Assembly: GCA_044445605.1 (NCBI GenBank)
Contig: JBIOEA010000007.1
Span: 3,073-67,072 of the forward strand
DNA length: 64,000 nucleotides
Direction of reading: 5' to 3'
Source of the DNA: Gammaproteobacteria bacterium
GTDB taxonomy: Bacteria > Pseudomonadota > Gammaproteobacteria > JABCZS01
Below are positions 37,734 through 47,425 of this stretch, piece after piece (positions within the stretch are counted from its first letter, which is position 1; each line of letters begins with the position of its first letter). Both the position numbers and the translations under genes were made by a program. The notes beneath the pieces were generated by a model. It saw only the letters and a list, made by a program, of their open reading frames with translations. It did no database searches and was not told the origin of the DNA.

Positions 37734-38662
37734 AACGTTTTCTACTCATTGGGTTTATGCTGATAGCATGTAACGCTCGTGTTCACGCAGAAGAAAATGG
37801 GGTAGGGCATTGGATCCCAGGTCAAATCCCATTTTTTGCAGGAATGATGCCGCCTGACAAAGGACTCTATGTAAGAGAAAGCAATTACATGTACAGTGGA
37901 ACACTGAGTGATAAAATAGGTGTGCCCATAGGAAATGAGGTTGTATTTAACTCTAAGCGCGTTATTTATGTTGACACCTTTATTTTCAATTATGTATTTG
38001 CGCCTAAGCGAGCCGGATGGGTGCCTAACGTATCCATGGATGTTGCCATTCCTTTTATGTATTTTAAAAATAGCGTGACGCTAACACCGACGTCATTTGC
38101 GGAAAGTCAAAGCAGCTATAATTTATCTGATGTGATAATAACGCCTATTAATCTCGGTTGGGATTTTCAACAATACCATTGGACGGCAGGCATCAATGTT
38201 TATGCGCCAACAGGCCCGTACAGCGTGAATTCGCTGGTGCCCTCTGGGTATAATTATTGGACATTTGAGCCTGCCATCGGGTTCACCTATTATGACCCAG
38301 GCAACAGGATAGAACTAACGTTCTATGCAGGCATTGATTTCAATACAATCAATTATGCTGCCGAATATAAAACTGGGGATCAATTCCATGTGGATTGGAT
38401 TGCCGCAAAATATTTTAATCATGGTTTCGCGATGGGGTTAGGTGGGTATGTGTATGATCAGGTAACGGGCGACAGTGGCACAGGTGCTGTGCTGGGGGCA
38501 TACAAAGATTACATTTTCTCGCTCGGACCTGTTTTTCGTTATGCAGACGAAATCATGAAAGTGCCCTTGAGCATTGAATTAAAAGTCCTTCCTCGAATCA
38601 GAGCTGTAAATGCACCTGATGGAACTGCGGCTTGGCTGAATTTTAATTTGACATTTAAGTAA
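37727..38662 (+). CDS. Outer-membrane beta-barrel channel, 'MetA-pathway of phenol degradation'-like transporter family
   Basis: Signal peptide MVKRFLLIGFMLIACNARVHA. Alternating aromatic beta-strand pattern with a C-terminal ...WLNFNLTFK ending in F-K. The start overlaps the stop of the FAD oxidoreductase (CCATGGTAA). Confidence 0.6.
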   Translation: MVKRFLLIGFMLIACNARVHAEENGVGHWIPGQIPFFAGMMPPDKGLYVRESNYMYSGTLSDKIGVPIGNEVVFNSKRVIYVDTFIFNYVFAPKRAGWVPNVSMDVAIPFMYFKNSVTLTPTSFAESQSSYNLSDVIITPINLGWDFQQYHWTAGINVYAPTGPYSVNSLVPSGYNYWTFEPAIGFTYYDPGNRIELTFYAGIDFNTINYAAEYKTGDQFHVDWIAAKYFNHGFAMGLGGYVYDQVTGDSGTGAVLGAYKDYIFSLGPVFRYADEIMKVPLSIELKVLPRIRAVNAPDGTAAWLNFNLTFK

Positions 38663-38681
38663 GCATTCGCGTTAATCCGTC

Positions 38682-38993
38682 TTACTTTTCCGTTTTGTCT
38701 TCTGGATCAATCGGTTTTTTGCTGCCGACTTTAAGCTTATTGGTTTTGGCGAAAGCTAAGAGTTGCTCATACAATTCAGGATTGGTTGTTTTGAGTTTCT
38801 CGTCGACGAAAACGCACTTATTACCATCTTTCATGCCAGGTTTGAGGAGGGGAGAGTAGGTGATTCGGTGATTGTGAAAAGTCGCTAACGGGCCGCTGAC
38901 ACGTTCCGCCCAATCGCTAGGACGGAAATCTTCGCCAGATTCGGTGACCCCTTCAATGATGAGGTGGCTTTTAGTTTCTTTATCGTTGCTCAT
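38682..38993 (-). CDS. DUF3579-family small protein
   Basis: The FRPSDWAERVSG motif is recalled as the hallmark of DUF3579. I prefer the ATG at 38993 over the TTG at 39008. Confidence 0.55.
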   Translation of the reverse strand: MSNDKETKSHLIIEGVTESGEDFRPSDWAERVSGPLATFHNHRITYSPLLKPGMKDGNKCVFVDEKLKTTNPELYEQLLAFAKTNKLKVGSKKPIDPEDKTEK

Positions 38994-39089
38994 GAAACCC
39001 TTACTCAATCAATGCGTTAATTCAAAAGATGCGCGTATGATATCCTCAAAAGTGGTTGCTGTCCACCACAATATGATACAATCACCCGC

Positions 39090-40352
39090 ATGAATCCAAT
39101 TCCGCTCAGTACGCGTGCGCGCCCCCAATCCCTGGACGATTTTTTCGGCCAAGAACACTTATTAGGTGCTTCTGGCCCACTTTATCAGGCGCTGAAGGCG
39201 GGCAAGCTTCACAGCATGATTTTCTGGGGCCCTCCTGGCACCGGTAAAACCACGTTAGCGCACATCATCGCCCAACATTTCCAGGCCGACTTCCATGCTT
39301 TATCGGCCGTTTTGGCTGGCGTTAAAGACATTCGTGATGTCGCTGCCCAAGCGGAAAGATCTGAGAAACCCACCTTACTCTTTTTAGACGAGATTCATCG
39401 TTTTAACAAGTCCCAACAGGACGCTTTATTGCCCCATGTGGAATCGGGCCTCATTACCCTGATTGGGGCGACGACTGAGAACCCCTCATTTGCGCTGAAT
39501 AATGCATTGTTATCCCGCGCACGGGTTTATATCCTTAAAAGTTTAGAGCCTGCCACGATCGAGGCCATGTTAGCGCGTGCCCTAAGGTATGTCGATAGTC
39601 CAAAGCCTATTACGCCGGAAGCCTTAAAGGCGATGGCCAGTGCGGCTGATGGCGATGCTCGCCGTGCCTTGAATAGCCTTGAGATGGCGTTGGATTTGAC
39701 GCCTGACGACGGTGAGGTCACTGAAGCGACCGTGGCCCATGTTATCAAAAACACGTTATTGCGGTTTGATAAAGGCGGGGACGCTTGGTACGACCAAATA
39801 TCGGCCCTCCATAAATCGGTGCGTGGGTCTGATCCCGATGCCGCTTTATATTGGATGGCCCGAATGCTGGTGGCCGGGTGTGATCCGATGTACCTCGCAC
39901 GGCGCTTGGTTCGCATGAGCAATGAAGACATTGGGAATGCAGATCCTCGTGCATTTGATTTAGCCATGAACGCTTGGCAAGCGATGGAGCGTTTAGGTTC
40001 GCCGGAAGGGGAGTTGGCCTTGGCGCAAACCGTGGTTTACTTGGCGTGCGCACCTAAAAGCAATGCCGTGTACAAAGCCTACGGTGCGGCAACAGAGGCA
40101 GCACAAAAGTATGGCTCATTACCAGTGCCGCCACATTTATGCAATGCGCCGACAGCGCTGCTAAAATCTATAGGTCACGGTAAAGATTATCGGTATGCTC
40201 ATGATGCGCCTAACGCGTATGTCCCCAATGAGCAGTACTTCCCCGATAAAATGCCAAAGCAACGTTTTTATGAGCCTGTGCCACGTGGCATGGAAATTCA
40301 AATTAAAGAAAAGTTAGCATCACTGAGGGCTTTAGATGAAACCAATACTTGA
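39090..40352 (+). CDS. rarA: Replication-associated recombination protein A (AAA+ ATPase MgsA/RarA)
   Basis: 420 aa with [13 protein letters not shown] (Walker A), [11 protein letters not shown] (Walker B / sensor), and a C-terminal MgsA domain ([12 protein letters not shown]). Confidence 0.95.
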   Translation: MNPIPLSTRARPQSLDDFFGQEHLLGASGPLYQALKAGKLHSMIFWGPPGTGKTTLAHIIAQHFQADFHALSAVLAGVKDIRDVAAQAERSEKPTLLFLDEIHRFNKSQQDALLPHVESGLITLIGATTENPSFALNNALLSRARVYILKSLEPATIEAMLARALRYVDSPKPITPEALKAMASAADGDARRALNSLEMALDLTPDDGEVTEATVAHVIKNTLLRFDKGGDAWYDQISALHKSVRGSDPDAALYWMARMLVAGCDPMYLARRLVRMSNEDIGNADPRAFDLAMNAWQAMERLGSPEGELALAQTVVYLACAPKSNAVYKAYGAATEAAQKYGSLPVPPHLCNAPTALLKSIGHGKDYRYAHDAPNAYVPNEQYFPDKMPKQRFYEPVPRGMEIQIKEKLASLRALDETNT

Positions 40353-41079
40353 ACATCGTCGTAAAGGGATTTACCTGTTGCCGAATTTGTTTACCACGGC
40401 TGGCTTGTTTGCTGGGTTTTATGCCATTGTGGCTGCGATGCGTGGGCATTTCGATATCGCTGCAACGGCGATATTCATTGCCATGGTGATGGATGGCCTG
40501 GATGGGCGGATCGCGCGCTTGACACACACAGAGAGTGCCTTCGGTGCACAGTATGATAGTTTAGCGGACATGGTGGCCTTTGGCGCTGCGCCAGCGTTGG
40601 TGGTTTATATGTGGAGCTTGAGCACATTGAAGTTTGGGTGGCTGGTTGCGTTTATTTATGCGGCAGCGGCGGCCTTGCGTTTGGCGCGGTTTAACACACA
40701 GATTGGCAAGGTAGATAAGCGCTTCTTTGTCGGTTTAGCGACAACGCCATCGGCGGGTGTCTTGGCTGGATATGTCTGGTCGATGGAAGAGTTAGGGATA
40801 CATACGGGGATTGCCAGTGTCATAGGTGCTGTGCTCACGGTGATGGTCGGGATCTTGATGGTCAGCAATGTGCGTTACCATGGTTTTAAAAACATTGACC
40901 TGAAAGGGCATGTGCCGTTCATGGCATTGCTGGTGGTGGTGTTGATTTTTGTGGGTATCTCAGTAGACCCTCCCATTGTGTTATTTGTTATTTTTGCGGG
41001 TTATGCGCTGTCTGGGCCGATTTGGTCGTTGCAACGTCACGGTTGGCGTAGCTGGTTCCGAATGTTTCATCGAAAATGA
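40336..41079 (+). CDS. pssA: CDP-diacylglycerol--serine O-phosphatidyltransferase
   Basis: 247 aa, multi-TM. CDP-alcohol phosphatidyltransferase motif DGLDGRIARL...G...DSLADMV. Confidence 0.85.
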   Translation: MKPILEHRRKGIYLLPNLFTTAGLFAGFYAIVAAMRGHFDIAATAIFIAMVMDGLDGRIARLTHTESAFGAQYDSLADMVAFGAAPALVVYMWSLSTLKFGWLVAFIYAAAAALRLARFNTQIGKVDKRFFVGLATTPSAGVLAGYVWSMEELGIHTGIASVIGAVLTVMVGILMVSNVRYHGFKNIDLKGHVPFMALLVVVLIFVGISVDPPIVLFVIFAGYALSGPIWSLQRHGWRSWFRMFHRK

Positions 41080-41164
41080 GAAAAATTCCCTGTAACCTCT
41101 TGTTTTATTTCGCGCAAACTCATACAATCTGAGACATCAAACTCTTTGTTATAAGCGAGTGTTT

Positions 41165-41833
41165 ATGCGAATTTTATTAGTTGAAGATGACGAGATTATC
41201 GGTAAAGCAGTGGCGAGTTCCTTAGTAGAACAGCATTACGCCGTAGAGTGGATGAAAGATGGACAAGCGGCCGAATCCGCGTTGTTATCTGAAGATTTTT
41301 TGGCAGCGATAGTGGATATTGGTTTGCCAACTTACAATGGTCTAGAGATTTTAAAAAACGTGCGCGGCAAAGGGAATAAAACACCGATTTTGTTGCTATC
41401 GGCACGTGGTTCTGTGGAAGAAATCACGCAAGGATTGGATTTTGGTGCTGATGATTACATCGCCAAACCTTTCTCATTGGGCGTGTTATTTGCGCGTTTA
41501 CGTGCGGTTGTGCGTCGTAGTCATTCACGTGTGATATCAACCGTGGATTACGCGGGGTTGAAGTTAGATCCTAATTCTTATTCTGTTTATATCGATGGCG
41601 AACGTATTTCGATTTCGCGTCGTGAATACACGTTGTTGAATAAATTGTTAGAGAATACGGGCGAAGTGGTTTCGCGCGAGATATTGTCAAAATGCATTTA
41701 TGGTGCCGATACGGAAGTAGAAAGCAACGCGGTTGAAGTCCATGTACATAATCTGCGCAAAAAATTGCGTGGGAATATTATTAAGACGATCCGCGGTGTT
41801 GGTTATATCGTGGATGCTCGTCGGGGTGCATAG
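41165..41833 (+). CDS. OmpR/PhoB-family response regulator (receiver + winged-helix), no adjacent histidine kinase
   Basis: MRILLVEDDEII, then D in VDIGLP, then the K in YIAKPF. C-terminal trans_reg_C domain (VEVHVHNLRKKL...IKTIRGVGY). Confidence 0.9.
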   Translation: MRILLVEDDEIIGKAVASSLVEQHYAVEWMKDGQAAESALLSEDFLAAIVDIGLPTYNGLEILKNVRGKGNKTPILLLSARGSVEEITQGLDFGADDYIAKPFSLGVLFARLRAVVRRSHSRVISTVDYAGLKLDPNSYSVYIDGERISISRREYTLLNKLLENTGEVVSREILSKCIYGADTEVESNAVEVHVHNLRKKLRGNIIKTIRGVGYIVDARRGA

Positions 41834-41840
41834 CCTCACC

Positions 41841-41864
41841 AGGGGCGAAAGATGTTTCGCCCCT
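41841..41864. repeat. Perfect hairpin AGGGGCGAAA-gatg-TTTCGCCCCT between convergent genes (REP-like / bidirectional terminator)
   Basis: 10-bp stem with a 4-nt loop, read directly. Related GCGAAA-aatc-TTTCGC copies occur at 12891..12905 and 16109..16124, with a half-site at 46634..46648. Confidence 0.6.
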
Positions 41865-41873
41865 ACAACTGAT

Positions 41874-43286
41874 TTACATTTTCTCCGACGCATAATCCGC
41901 CAACCTTGACCGTTCACCGCGACGTAGGGTGATATGCGCGCTGTAAGGCCAATGTTGGAAGGTATCGACGACGTTAGCCAAGCCTGAGGTTGTTTCAGTC
42001 AGATAAGGCGTATCGATTTGCGACAAGTTCCCTAAGCAAACGATCTTGGTTCCTGGACCTGCGCGGGTCAACAATGTTTTCATTTGTTTAGCCGTGAGGT
42101 TTTGTGCTTCATCGATGATAATGTACTTATTCAAGAAGGTACGACCGCGCATGAAGTTTAACGAACGGATCTTGATGCGTGAGCGCAAGAGGTCCTGCGT
42201 GGCACCTTGGCCCCATTCGCCGCCAAATTCATTCCCGGTAAGTACTTCGAGGTTATCCATGAGAGCGCCCATCCAGGGTGTCATTTTTTCTTCTTCCGTG
42301 CCAGGCAAGAAGCCGATGTCTTCACCGACCGGGATGGTCACACGGGTCATGATGATTTCTTTGTAGATATTTTTGTCGATGGTTTGGACCAATCCGGCTG
42401 CGAGCGCCAACAACGTTTTACCCGTACCGGCAGGGCCGAGCAAACTGACCATGTCGATATCTTTATCGAGCAAGAAGTTAAGTGCAAAGTTCTGTTCAGG
42501 GTTGCGTGCTTTAATGCCCCAGACAGCATGCGCTGCAGAACGGTAATCATTAGCAATTTCGATCAAGGCGCTGTCTTCGTTGACTTCACGCACGATGGCG
42601 AGAAAGGCTTCGTCGGCATCATTATATAAGCATAAGTTGACTTGCCATTTTTTTGTAACGGGCCCTTTGATGCGATAAAACGTGCGACCTTTTTCTTGCC
42701 ATGAGTCGAGATCTTGACTGTGTGTTTCCCAGAAATCAGCGGGCAAGGCAAACATACCGCTGTACAATAAATCAGCATCTTCAATAACGCGGTCGTTTTG
42801 ATAATCTTCCGCATGGATACCGAGCATCGCTGCTTTGATGCGCATGTTAATGTCTTTGGACACGAGCGTTACGCCAGGGAAGTCAGTATTTTTTTGAAGC
42901 CCCAACACCACTGCTAAGATACCATTATCAGGTGTTTTGCCTGGGAGCTTCAGTGTGAACTCTTCTGTAAAGATCTCGGTTTGTAAGAAGATGCGTCCTG
43001 CGGGCAGCTCTTCTTCTTTGTGCGTTTTAAACGCGGGGATGGGCAATCCTTCGCGAATTTGCTCACGGGTGGCTTTGCCCACCATGTCCCCGAGAAAACG
43101 GCTCACTTGGCGTGCGTTGCGGGATACTTCTGATAAACCTTTTTTGGATTGATCCAGTTCTTCAATCACGATCATGGGGAGATACAAATCATGCTCTTTA
43201 AAACGAAAAAACGCGGATGGATCATGCATGAGTACGTTGGTGTCAAGTACAAAAAGTCTTTTGCTACCATCTAATGGGAAATTCAT
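41874..43286 (-). CDS. PhoH2-type protein: N-terminal PIN domain fused to PhoH-like ATPase
   Basis: 470 aa. The N-terminus FVLDTNVLMHD is PIN-like. GPAGTGKTLLALA is Walker A, and IIIDEAQNLT is Walker B. Confidence 0.9.
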   Translation of the reverse strand: MNFPLDGSKRLFVLDTNVLMHDPSAFFRFKEHDLYLPMIVIEELDQSKKGLSEVSRNARQVSRFLGDMVGKATREQIREGLPIPAFKTHKEEELPAGRIFLQTEIFTEEFTLKLPGKTPDNGILAVVLGLQKNTDFPGVTLVSKDINMRIKAAMLGIHAEDYQNDRVIEDADLLYSGMFALPADFWETHSQDLDSWQEKGRTFYRIKGPVTKKWQVNLCLYNDADEAFLAIVREVNEDSALIEIANDYRSAAHAVWGIKARNPEQNFALNFLLDKDIDMVSLLGPAGTGKTLLALAAGLVQTIDKNIYKEIIMTRVTIPVGEDIGFLPGTEEEKMTPWMGALMDNLEVLTGNEFGGEWGQGATQDLLRSRIKIRSLNFMRGRTFLNKYIIIDEAQNLTAKQMKTLLTRAGPGTKIVCLGNLSQIDTPYLTETTSGLANVVDTFQHWPYSAHITLRRGERSRLADYASEKM

Positions 43287-43401
43287 AAGTAGGGTATCCT
43301 TACCAAATAAAGAGGAGACTGATTGTGTAAGCTTAGCAGTTTTTTTATGCGGAGAAATATTTTTGTGATATCTTTACCACTTAAACCCGGAGGGAACAAT
43401 C

Positions 43402-44277
43402 ATGTTAAGCGGAAGCATAGTGGCACTCGTCACGCCGATGAGCGAGACAGGCGATATTGATTTTGATGCATTGCATCGTTTGGTAGACTGGCATTTAGAA
43501 TCACAAACGGATGCGATTGTGGTCACAGGCTCGACGGGCGAAGCGGCGACACTCACGCCAGAAGAACGTGCTGACATTTTATCCGCTGTTGTCAAGCAAG
43601 TCGCTGGACGCATTCCTGTTGTTGCAGGCACGGGCACCAACAATACGGCACAAACGGTCGAGCTGACACGTTTTGCCAGAGACTTAGGCGCGGATGCCGC
43701 CCTGGTGGTTGTACCATACTACAATAGGCCCACCCAGCAAGGTCTCAAATTGCATTTTAAGGCGGTGGCTTCCATAGGGCTACCGATATTCTTATATAAT
43801 GTCCCGAGCCGCACTGCTTGTGATTTGCTTCCAGAAACGGTCGTTGAGCTCGCTGAAGTGAAGCACATTATCGGAATTAAAGAAGCCTCATCGTTAGAGC
43901 GTTGCATGACCTTGCTACAAACCTGCCCTGAATCGTTCATTGTATTGAGCGGCGAGGATGGGCAGGCGATGGCCTCAGTGATTGCGGGTGCGAAGGGGGT
44001 GATATCCGTGGCAGCCAATGTGGTTCCTGAGGCAATGCACACCCTGATGGCTCTTGCGAGCGGGGGAAGCATCATGGAAGCCAATCAAATCAATACAAGG
44101 CTTCAGCCCTTATATCAGGCATTGTTTTGTGAGCCGAACCCCATCCCAGTCAAATGGGCACTTAAAGAGATGGGGATGATGGAACCCCATGTCAGGCTGC
44201 CCTTGACGTTGCTTAGTGAGGAAAAACGTGTCACTATTACACGCGTTTTAGAAGAGACAGGGGTGCCGTGTGGTTAG
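43402..44277 (+). CDS. dapA: 4-hydroxy-tetrahydrodipicolinate synthase
   Basis: 291 aa with GSIVALVTPM, GSTGEAATLT, YNRPTQ and YNVPSRT motifs. Confidence 0.95.
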   Translation: MLSGSIVALVTPMSETGDIDFDALHRLVDWHLESQTDAIVVTGSTGEAATLTPEERADILSAVVKQVAGRIPVVAGTGTNNTAQTVELTRFARDLGADAALVVVPYYNRPTQQGLKLHFKAVASIGLPIFLYNVPSRTACDLLPETVVELAEVKHIIGIKEASSLERCMTLLQTCPESFIVLSGEDGQAMASVIAGAKGVISVAANVVPEAMHTLMALASGGSIMEANQINTRLQPLYQALFCEPNPIPVKWALKEMGMMEPHVRLPLTLLSEEKRVTITRVLEETGVPCG

Positions 44278-44581
44278 AAGATGGATACTGATAGGTTTGT
44301 GCTTGGCGTTAGCGGGCTGCGGTTCAATTAAGAAGCAGTGGGATGAGTTTACGCCCGATCGTGATGAAGATTATCTCGATGCGGAATCCGTTCCTGTGGT
44401 TAAGACGCCTGATGGTGTGACCATCAATAAGGCTTACCAATCCGACCCTTATCCGTTGCCTAAAGGAGCATTGCCGCCGAAGGGTGCAACACCGGTTGAT
44501 ATTTTTCCCCCTGACTTAAAGAAGGAGCCATCCCATGACGACACAGAAGACGACGATGACGACAAAACCGACGCGTCTTAA
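44270..44581 (+). CDS. Small lipoprotein in the bamC (nlpB) position; resembles only the N-terminal BamD-binding segment of BamC
   Basis: GTG start overlapping the dapA stop. Lipobox LALAGC. DEDYLDAESVP...DIFPP resembles E. coli BamC ...[10 protein letters not shown]...DIRPP (from memory). Synteny dapA-bamC-purC. Acidic tail. Confidence 0.55.
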   Translation: MVRRWILIGLCLALAGCGSIKKQWDEFTPDRDEDYLDAESVPVVKTPDGVTINKAYQSDPYPLPKGALPPKGATPVDIFPPDLKKEPSHDDTEDDDDDKTDAS

Positions 44582-45284
44582 GTTACTTTCCCAAGGGAAA
44601 GCCAAAGACATGTACACCAGCGACCAACCTGGTCAGCTGATCATGGTCTTTCGTGACGACATGACTGCCTTCAATGGCGAAAAAAAAGAAGCTTTTGATG
44701 GGAAAGGGGCGATCAATCATCGCATCACTGAACATCTAATGGGCCATCTCGAATCCATGGGGATCAAAACTCATTACCGTGCAAAAATCGATGAAACACA
44801 ATGTTTAGTTTCTGCACTCAAAATGTTGCCTATTGAATGTGTGATTCGTAACATTGCCGCGGGTGGTTTTGCCAAGCGTTTTGGGATTACCCCGGGCGAA
44901 GTATTGAAAGAGCCTATCTACGAATTGTTTTATAAGCATGATGGTTTGGGTGACCCCATGATCCGTGACGAACACGCCCTTTATTTTGGCTGGGCGACGG
45001 AAGCGGATTTGAAGGAAATGAAAGCGATCACGTATCGGGTCAATGCCATTTTGTCTGAGCGCTTTTTAAGTTGCGGTATGACGTTAGTGGATTTCAAGCT
45101 CGAGTTTGGACGTTTAGGCAATGAGTTGTTCGTTGCGGATGAGATTTCGCCCGACAGTTGCCGTATCTGGGATAACAAACAGCAAGATTTAACGGCCAGA
45201 ATCATGGATAAAGATCGGTTTAGGAAGGGATTGGGCGAAGTTGTGGAGCATTACCACAAAATCGGCCATAGACTAGGTGTTTAA
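44556..45284 (+). CDS. purC: Phosphoribosylaminoimidazole-succinocarboxamide (SAICAR) synthase
   Basis: LLSQGKAKDMYTS resembles E. coli LYRGKAKTVYST. The start may be 44535 or 44556 (the ORF track gives 44535). Either start overlaps the upstream lipoprotein gene. Confidence 0.92.
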   Translation: MTTKPTRLKLLSQGKAKDMYTSDQPGQLIMVFRDDMTAFNGEKKEAFDGKGAINHRITEHLMGHLESMGIKTHYRAKIDETQCLVSALKMLPIECVIRNIAAGGFAKRFGITPGEVLKEPIYELFYKHDGLGDPMIRDEHALYFGWATEADLKEMKAITYRVNAILSERFLSCGMTLVDFKLEFGRLGNELFVADEISPDSCRIWDNKQQDLTARIMDKDRFRKGLGEVVEHYHKIGHRLGV

Positions 45285-45308
45285 TGATTACGTCTAAGGA
45301 TAGGAGCG

Positions 45309-45908
45309 ATGAAAATGAAAGTATTCAAACGTGTTTGTGTTATGATGCTGGCAATATGTACGTTAGGTATATTTGCCGTATCAAGTTTTGCAGAAGGGGA
45401 CATGACGATGGATAAGACAGTAATATTGAAGACGAATAAAGGCGATATTAAGATCAAGTTGAATGCTGAAAAGGCACCTGTGTCGGTTAAGAATTTTTTA
45501 ACCTACGTGGACGAAGGATTTTACAATGGCACGATATTTCATCGTGTGATTCCTAAGTTCATGATTCAAGGGGGTGGTTTTGGTTTAGATTTTAAACAAA
45601 AGAAGACACATGATCCGATCAAGAACGAAGCGGACAATGGTTTAAAGAACACCCGTGGCACCATTGCGATGGCGCGCACATCCGATCCAAATTCAGCGAC
45701 GGCACAGTTTTTCATCAACCTTGTTGATAATAGCTTCTTAGATTTCAAGTCGGCAACACCGAGCGGATATGGTTATGCTGTATTTGGTGAAGTGATTGAT
45801 GGCATGGACGTAGTGGATGCGATTGCAGCATCACGCACAGCGACCAAAGATGGTTATGCCGATGTGCCTGTTGAACCGATTGAAATTTCGTCCGTGATAG
45901 TGGAGTGA
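45309..45908 (+). CDS. ppiA: Periplasmic cyclophilin-type peptidyl-prolyl cis-trans isomerase
   Basis: Signal peptide plus [15 protein letters not shown] and [19 protein letters not shown] motifs. Confidence 0.9.
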   Translation: MKMKVFKRVCVMMLAICTLGIFAVSSFAEGDMTMDKTVILKTNKGDIKIKLNAEKAPVSVKNFLTYVDEGFYNGTIFHRVIPKFMIQGGGFGLDFKQKKTHDPIKNEADNGLKNTRGTIAMARTSDPNSATAQFFINLVDNSFLDFKSATPSGYGYAVFGEVIDGMDVVDAIAASRTATKDGYADVPVEPIEISSVIVE

Positions 45909-46627
45909 GTATATTGTTCTGGCATATTGTGGATTATAACGCTCCACTGTCGTTATCCAGTTTAAAAGCAGTCGCTTCCCTTAACGGGGAAGCGGTCACT
46001 CAGGCCAAAACACGTGACCTTATCCGTGTCGAAACCAATGGGCAAGCTTATTACATCAAGCGCTATTGGACGGCAGGAAAAAAACTACGTAAGTATTTAT
46101 TCCGTTCGCGTGCGAAAGCCGAATGGGAAAATCTCCAATACTTTAAGCATTTGAAAATACCTGCACCATTATTGGTGTCATATGGTGAGTACCGCACGCT
46201 ATTCCATTATGAATACGGTGCATTTGTGATGCGTGCCTTAGGCAACGTTATCCCGCTTGATACCGTGCTGGCTGAAGCGACCTTACCGTGTTCATTGCGA
46301 TTAACCTTGTTACAGCAAATCGCTCAAAACTTACGTCGATTGCATGATTATCATTTTATTCATGGTGATTGTTTCGTGCGCAATTTTTTAGTGTCTCCTC
46401 AAGAAGCAAAAGTGTATTTCACTGATTGCCCAAGAGGCCGGCATATGTGGGGCCCATTTTTCGATTATGGCCGTGTACGTGATTTAGCATCTTTCTATAA
46501 AGGTGTTCAAGGCAGCTTATCTTTAACCGATCAGTTACGATTCTTTTTGTGGTACTGCGGCGAGCCGCGATTGACGGTAAAGAATAAAAAGTTGCTGAGA
46601 AAAGTGATTAAGCGGTTGGGGTTATGA
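45905..46627 (+). CDS. Lipopolysaccharide kinase (Kdo/WaaP/InaA) family protein kinase
   Basis: 240 aa, GTG start. YIKRY, then the catalytic-loop-like [17 protein letters not shown]. Confidence 0.65.
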   Translation: MSILFWHIVDYNAPLSLSSLKAVASLNGEAVTQAKTRDLIRVETNGQAYYIKRYWTAGKKLRKYLFRSRAKAEWENLQYFKHLKIPAPLLVSYGEYRTLFHYEYGAFVMRALGNVIPLDTVLAEATLPCSLRLTLLQQIAQNLRRLHDYHFIHGDCFVRNFLVSPQEAKVYFTDCPRGRHMWGPFFDYGRVRDLASFYKGVQGSLSLTDQLRFFLWYCGEPRLTVKNKKLLRKVIKRLGL

Positions 46628-46727
46628 GCCAGGTAATCTTTCGCCCCCTTTTAAGGGGGCAGCCGAGTATTCCGAGGCGGGGGTTTTTCTTCGCGATCGT
46701 AAAGTGATTATGCAGAGCGGTGAACGA

Positions 46728-47351
46728 TTACTGAGGTTTTTTGCCAAATTTAGCAGATCTCCCCGCCCTCGCACAACGTTCAAATTCCTTTTGCAATTCT
46801 TGCGTGTCACTTGCAATGCGTTCAAAGCAGGCATACATTGTTTCAACCGTTTTAGGTTTCAAGACTAAGCTTTTAATTTCACCTTTAGCATGTTCACGAT
46901 GGGTGACCATATCGGCAAGTGCTTGTTGTGCACTGGCATCGAAGCTTATTTTGTTCTCGCTCATGCTTTGATTAAGGGTCTCAAATGTTTGGGTTAAAGC
47001 TTTTTTAAAATTGTTTAAAGAGCTTTCAAGACGGCTGTGATTGAGTGCGACCTGAGCCAAGCGTGTATGAGAGGCATCAGGAGTGATTTCAGAGTGGGCA
47101 TTAAAACCCATGGGTTCAAGGCCAATCAATCCACCACGTTCAATGAATTCGCCTATGTAGTCTGGCTCTCCAATGGTATTAATGGAGGCGAGCATGTTTT
47201 TTTCTATCATATTGATCTTTTTAATGGATTCTTTGAAATCCACAGGTGTAAGCGCTAAACTTTCATTCGTGTTAGCGGCTTCGCCAAGTAATTTACCCCA
47301 TCCCCATAATGAATTGCTCATGATGTGTTCCACTTCTGTTAATGACCTCAC
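46728..47351 (-). CDS. Hypothetical protein (coiled-coil-like), no recognisable domain
   Basis: 207-aa ORF with a GTG start. An alternative ATG lies at 47321 (MSNSLWGWGKLL). Confidence 0.4.
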   Translation of the reverse strand: MRSLTEVEHIMSNSLWGWGKLLGEAANTNESLALTPVDFKESIKKINMIEKNMLASINTIGEPDYIGEFIERGGLIGLEPMGFNAHSEITPDASHTRLAQVALNHSRLESSLNNFKKALTQTFETLNQSMSENKISFDASAQQALADMVTHREHAKGEIKSLVLKPKTVETMYACFERIASDTQELQKEFERCARAGRSAKFGKKPQ

Positions 47352-47425
47352 TCAGAGTATAGGTGATGAAGTAAACTGGCTCCAATACATCGTGTTTATG
47401 GGGGTCATAAGGAACAGGCCTTGTA

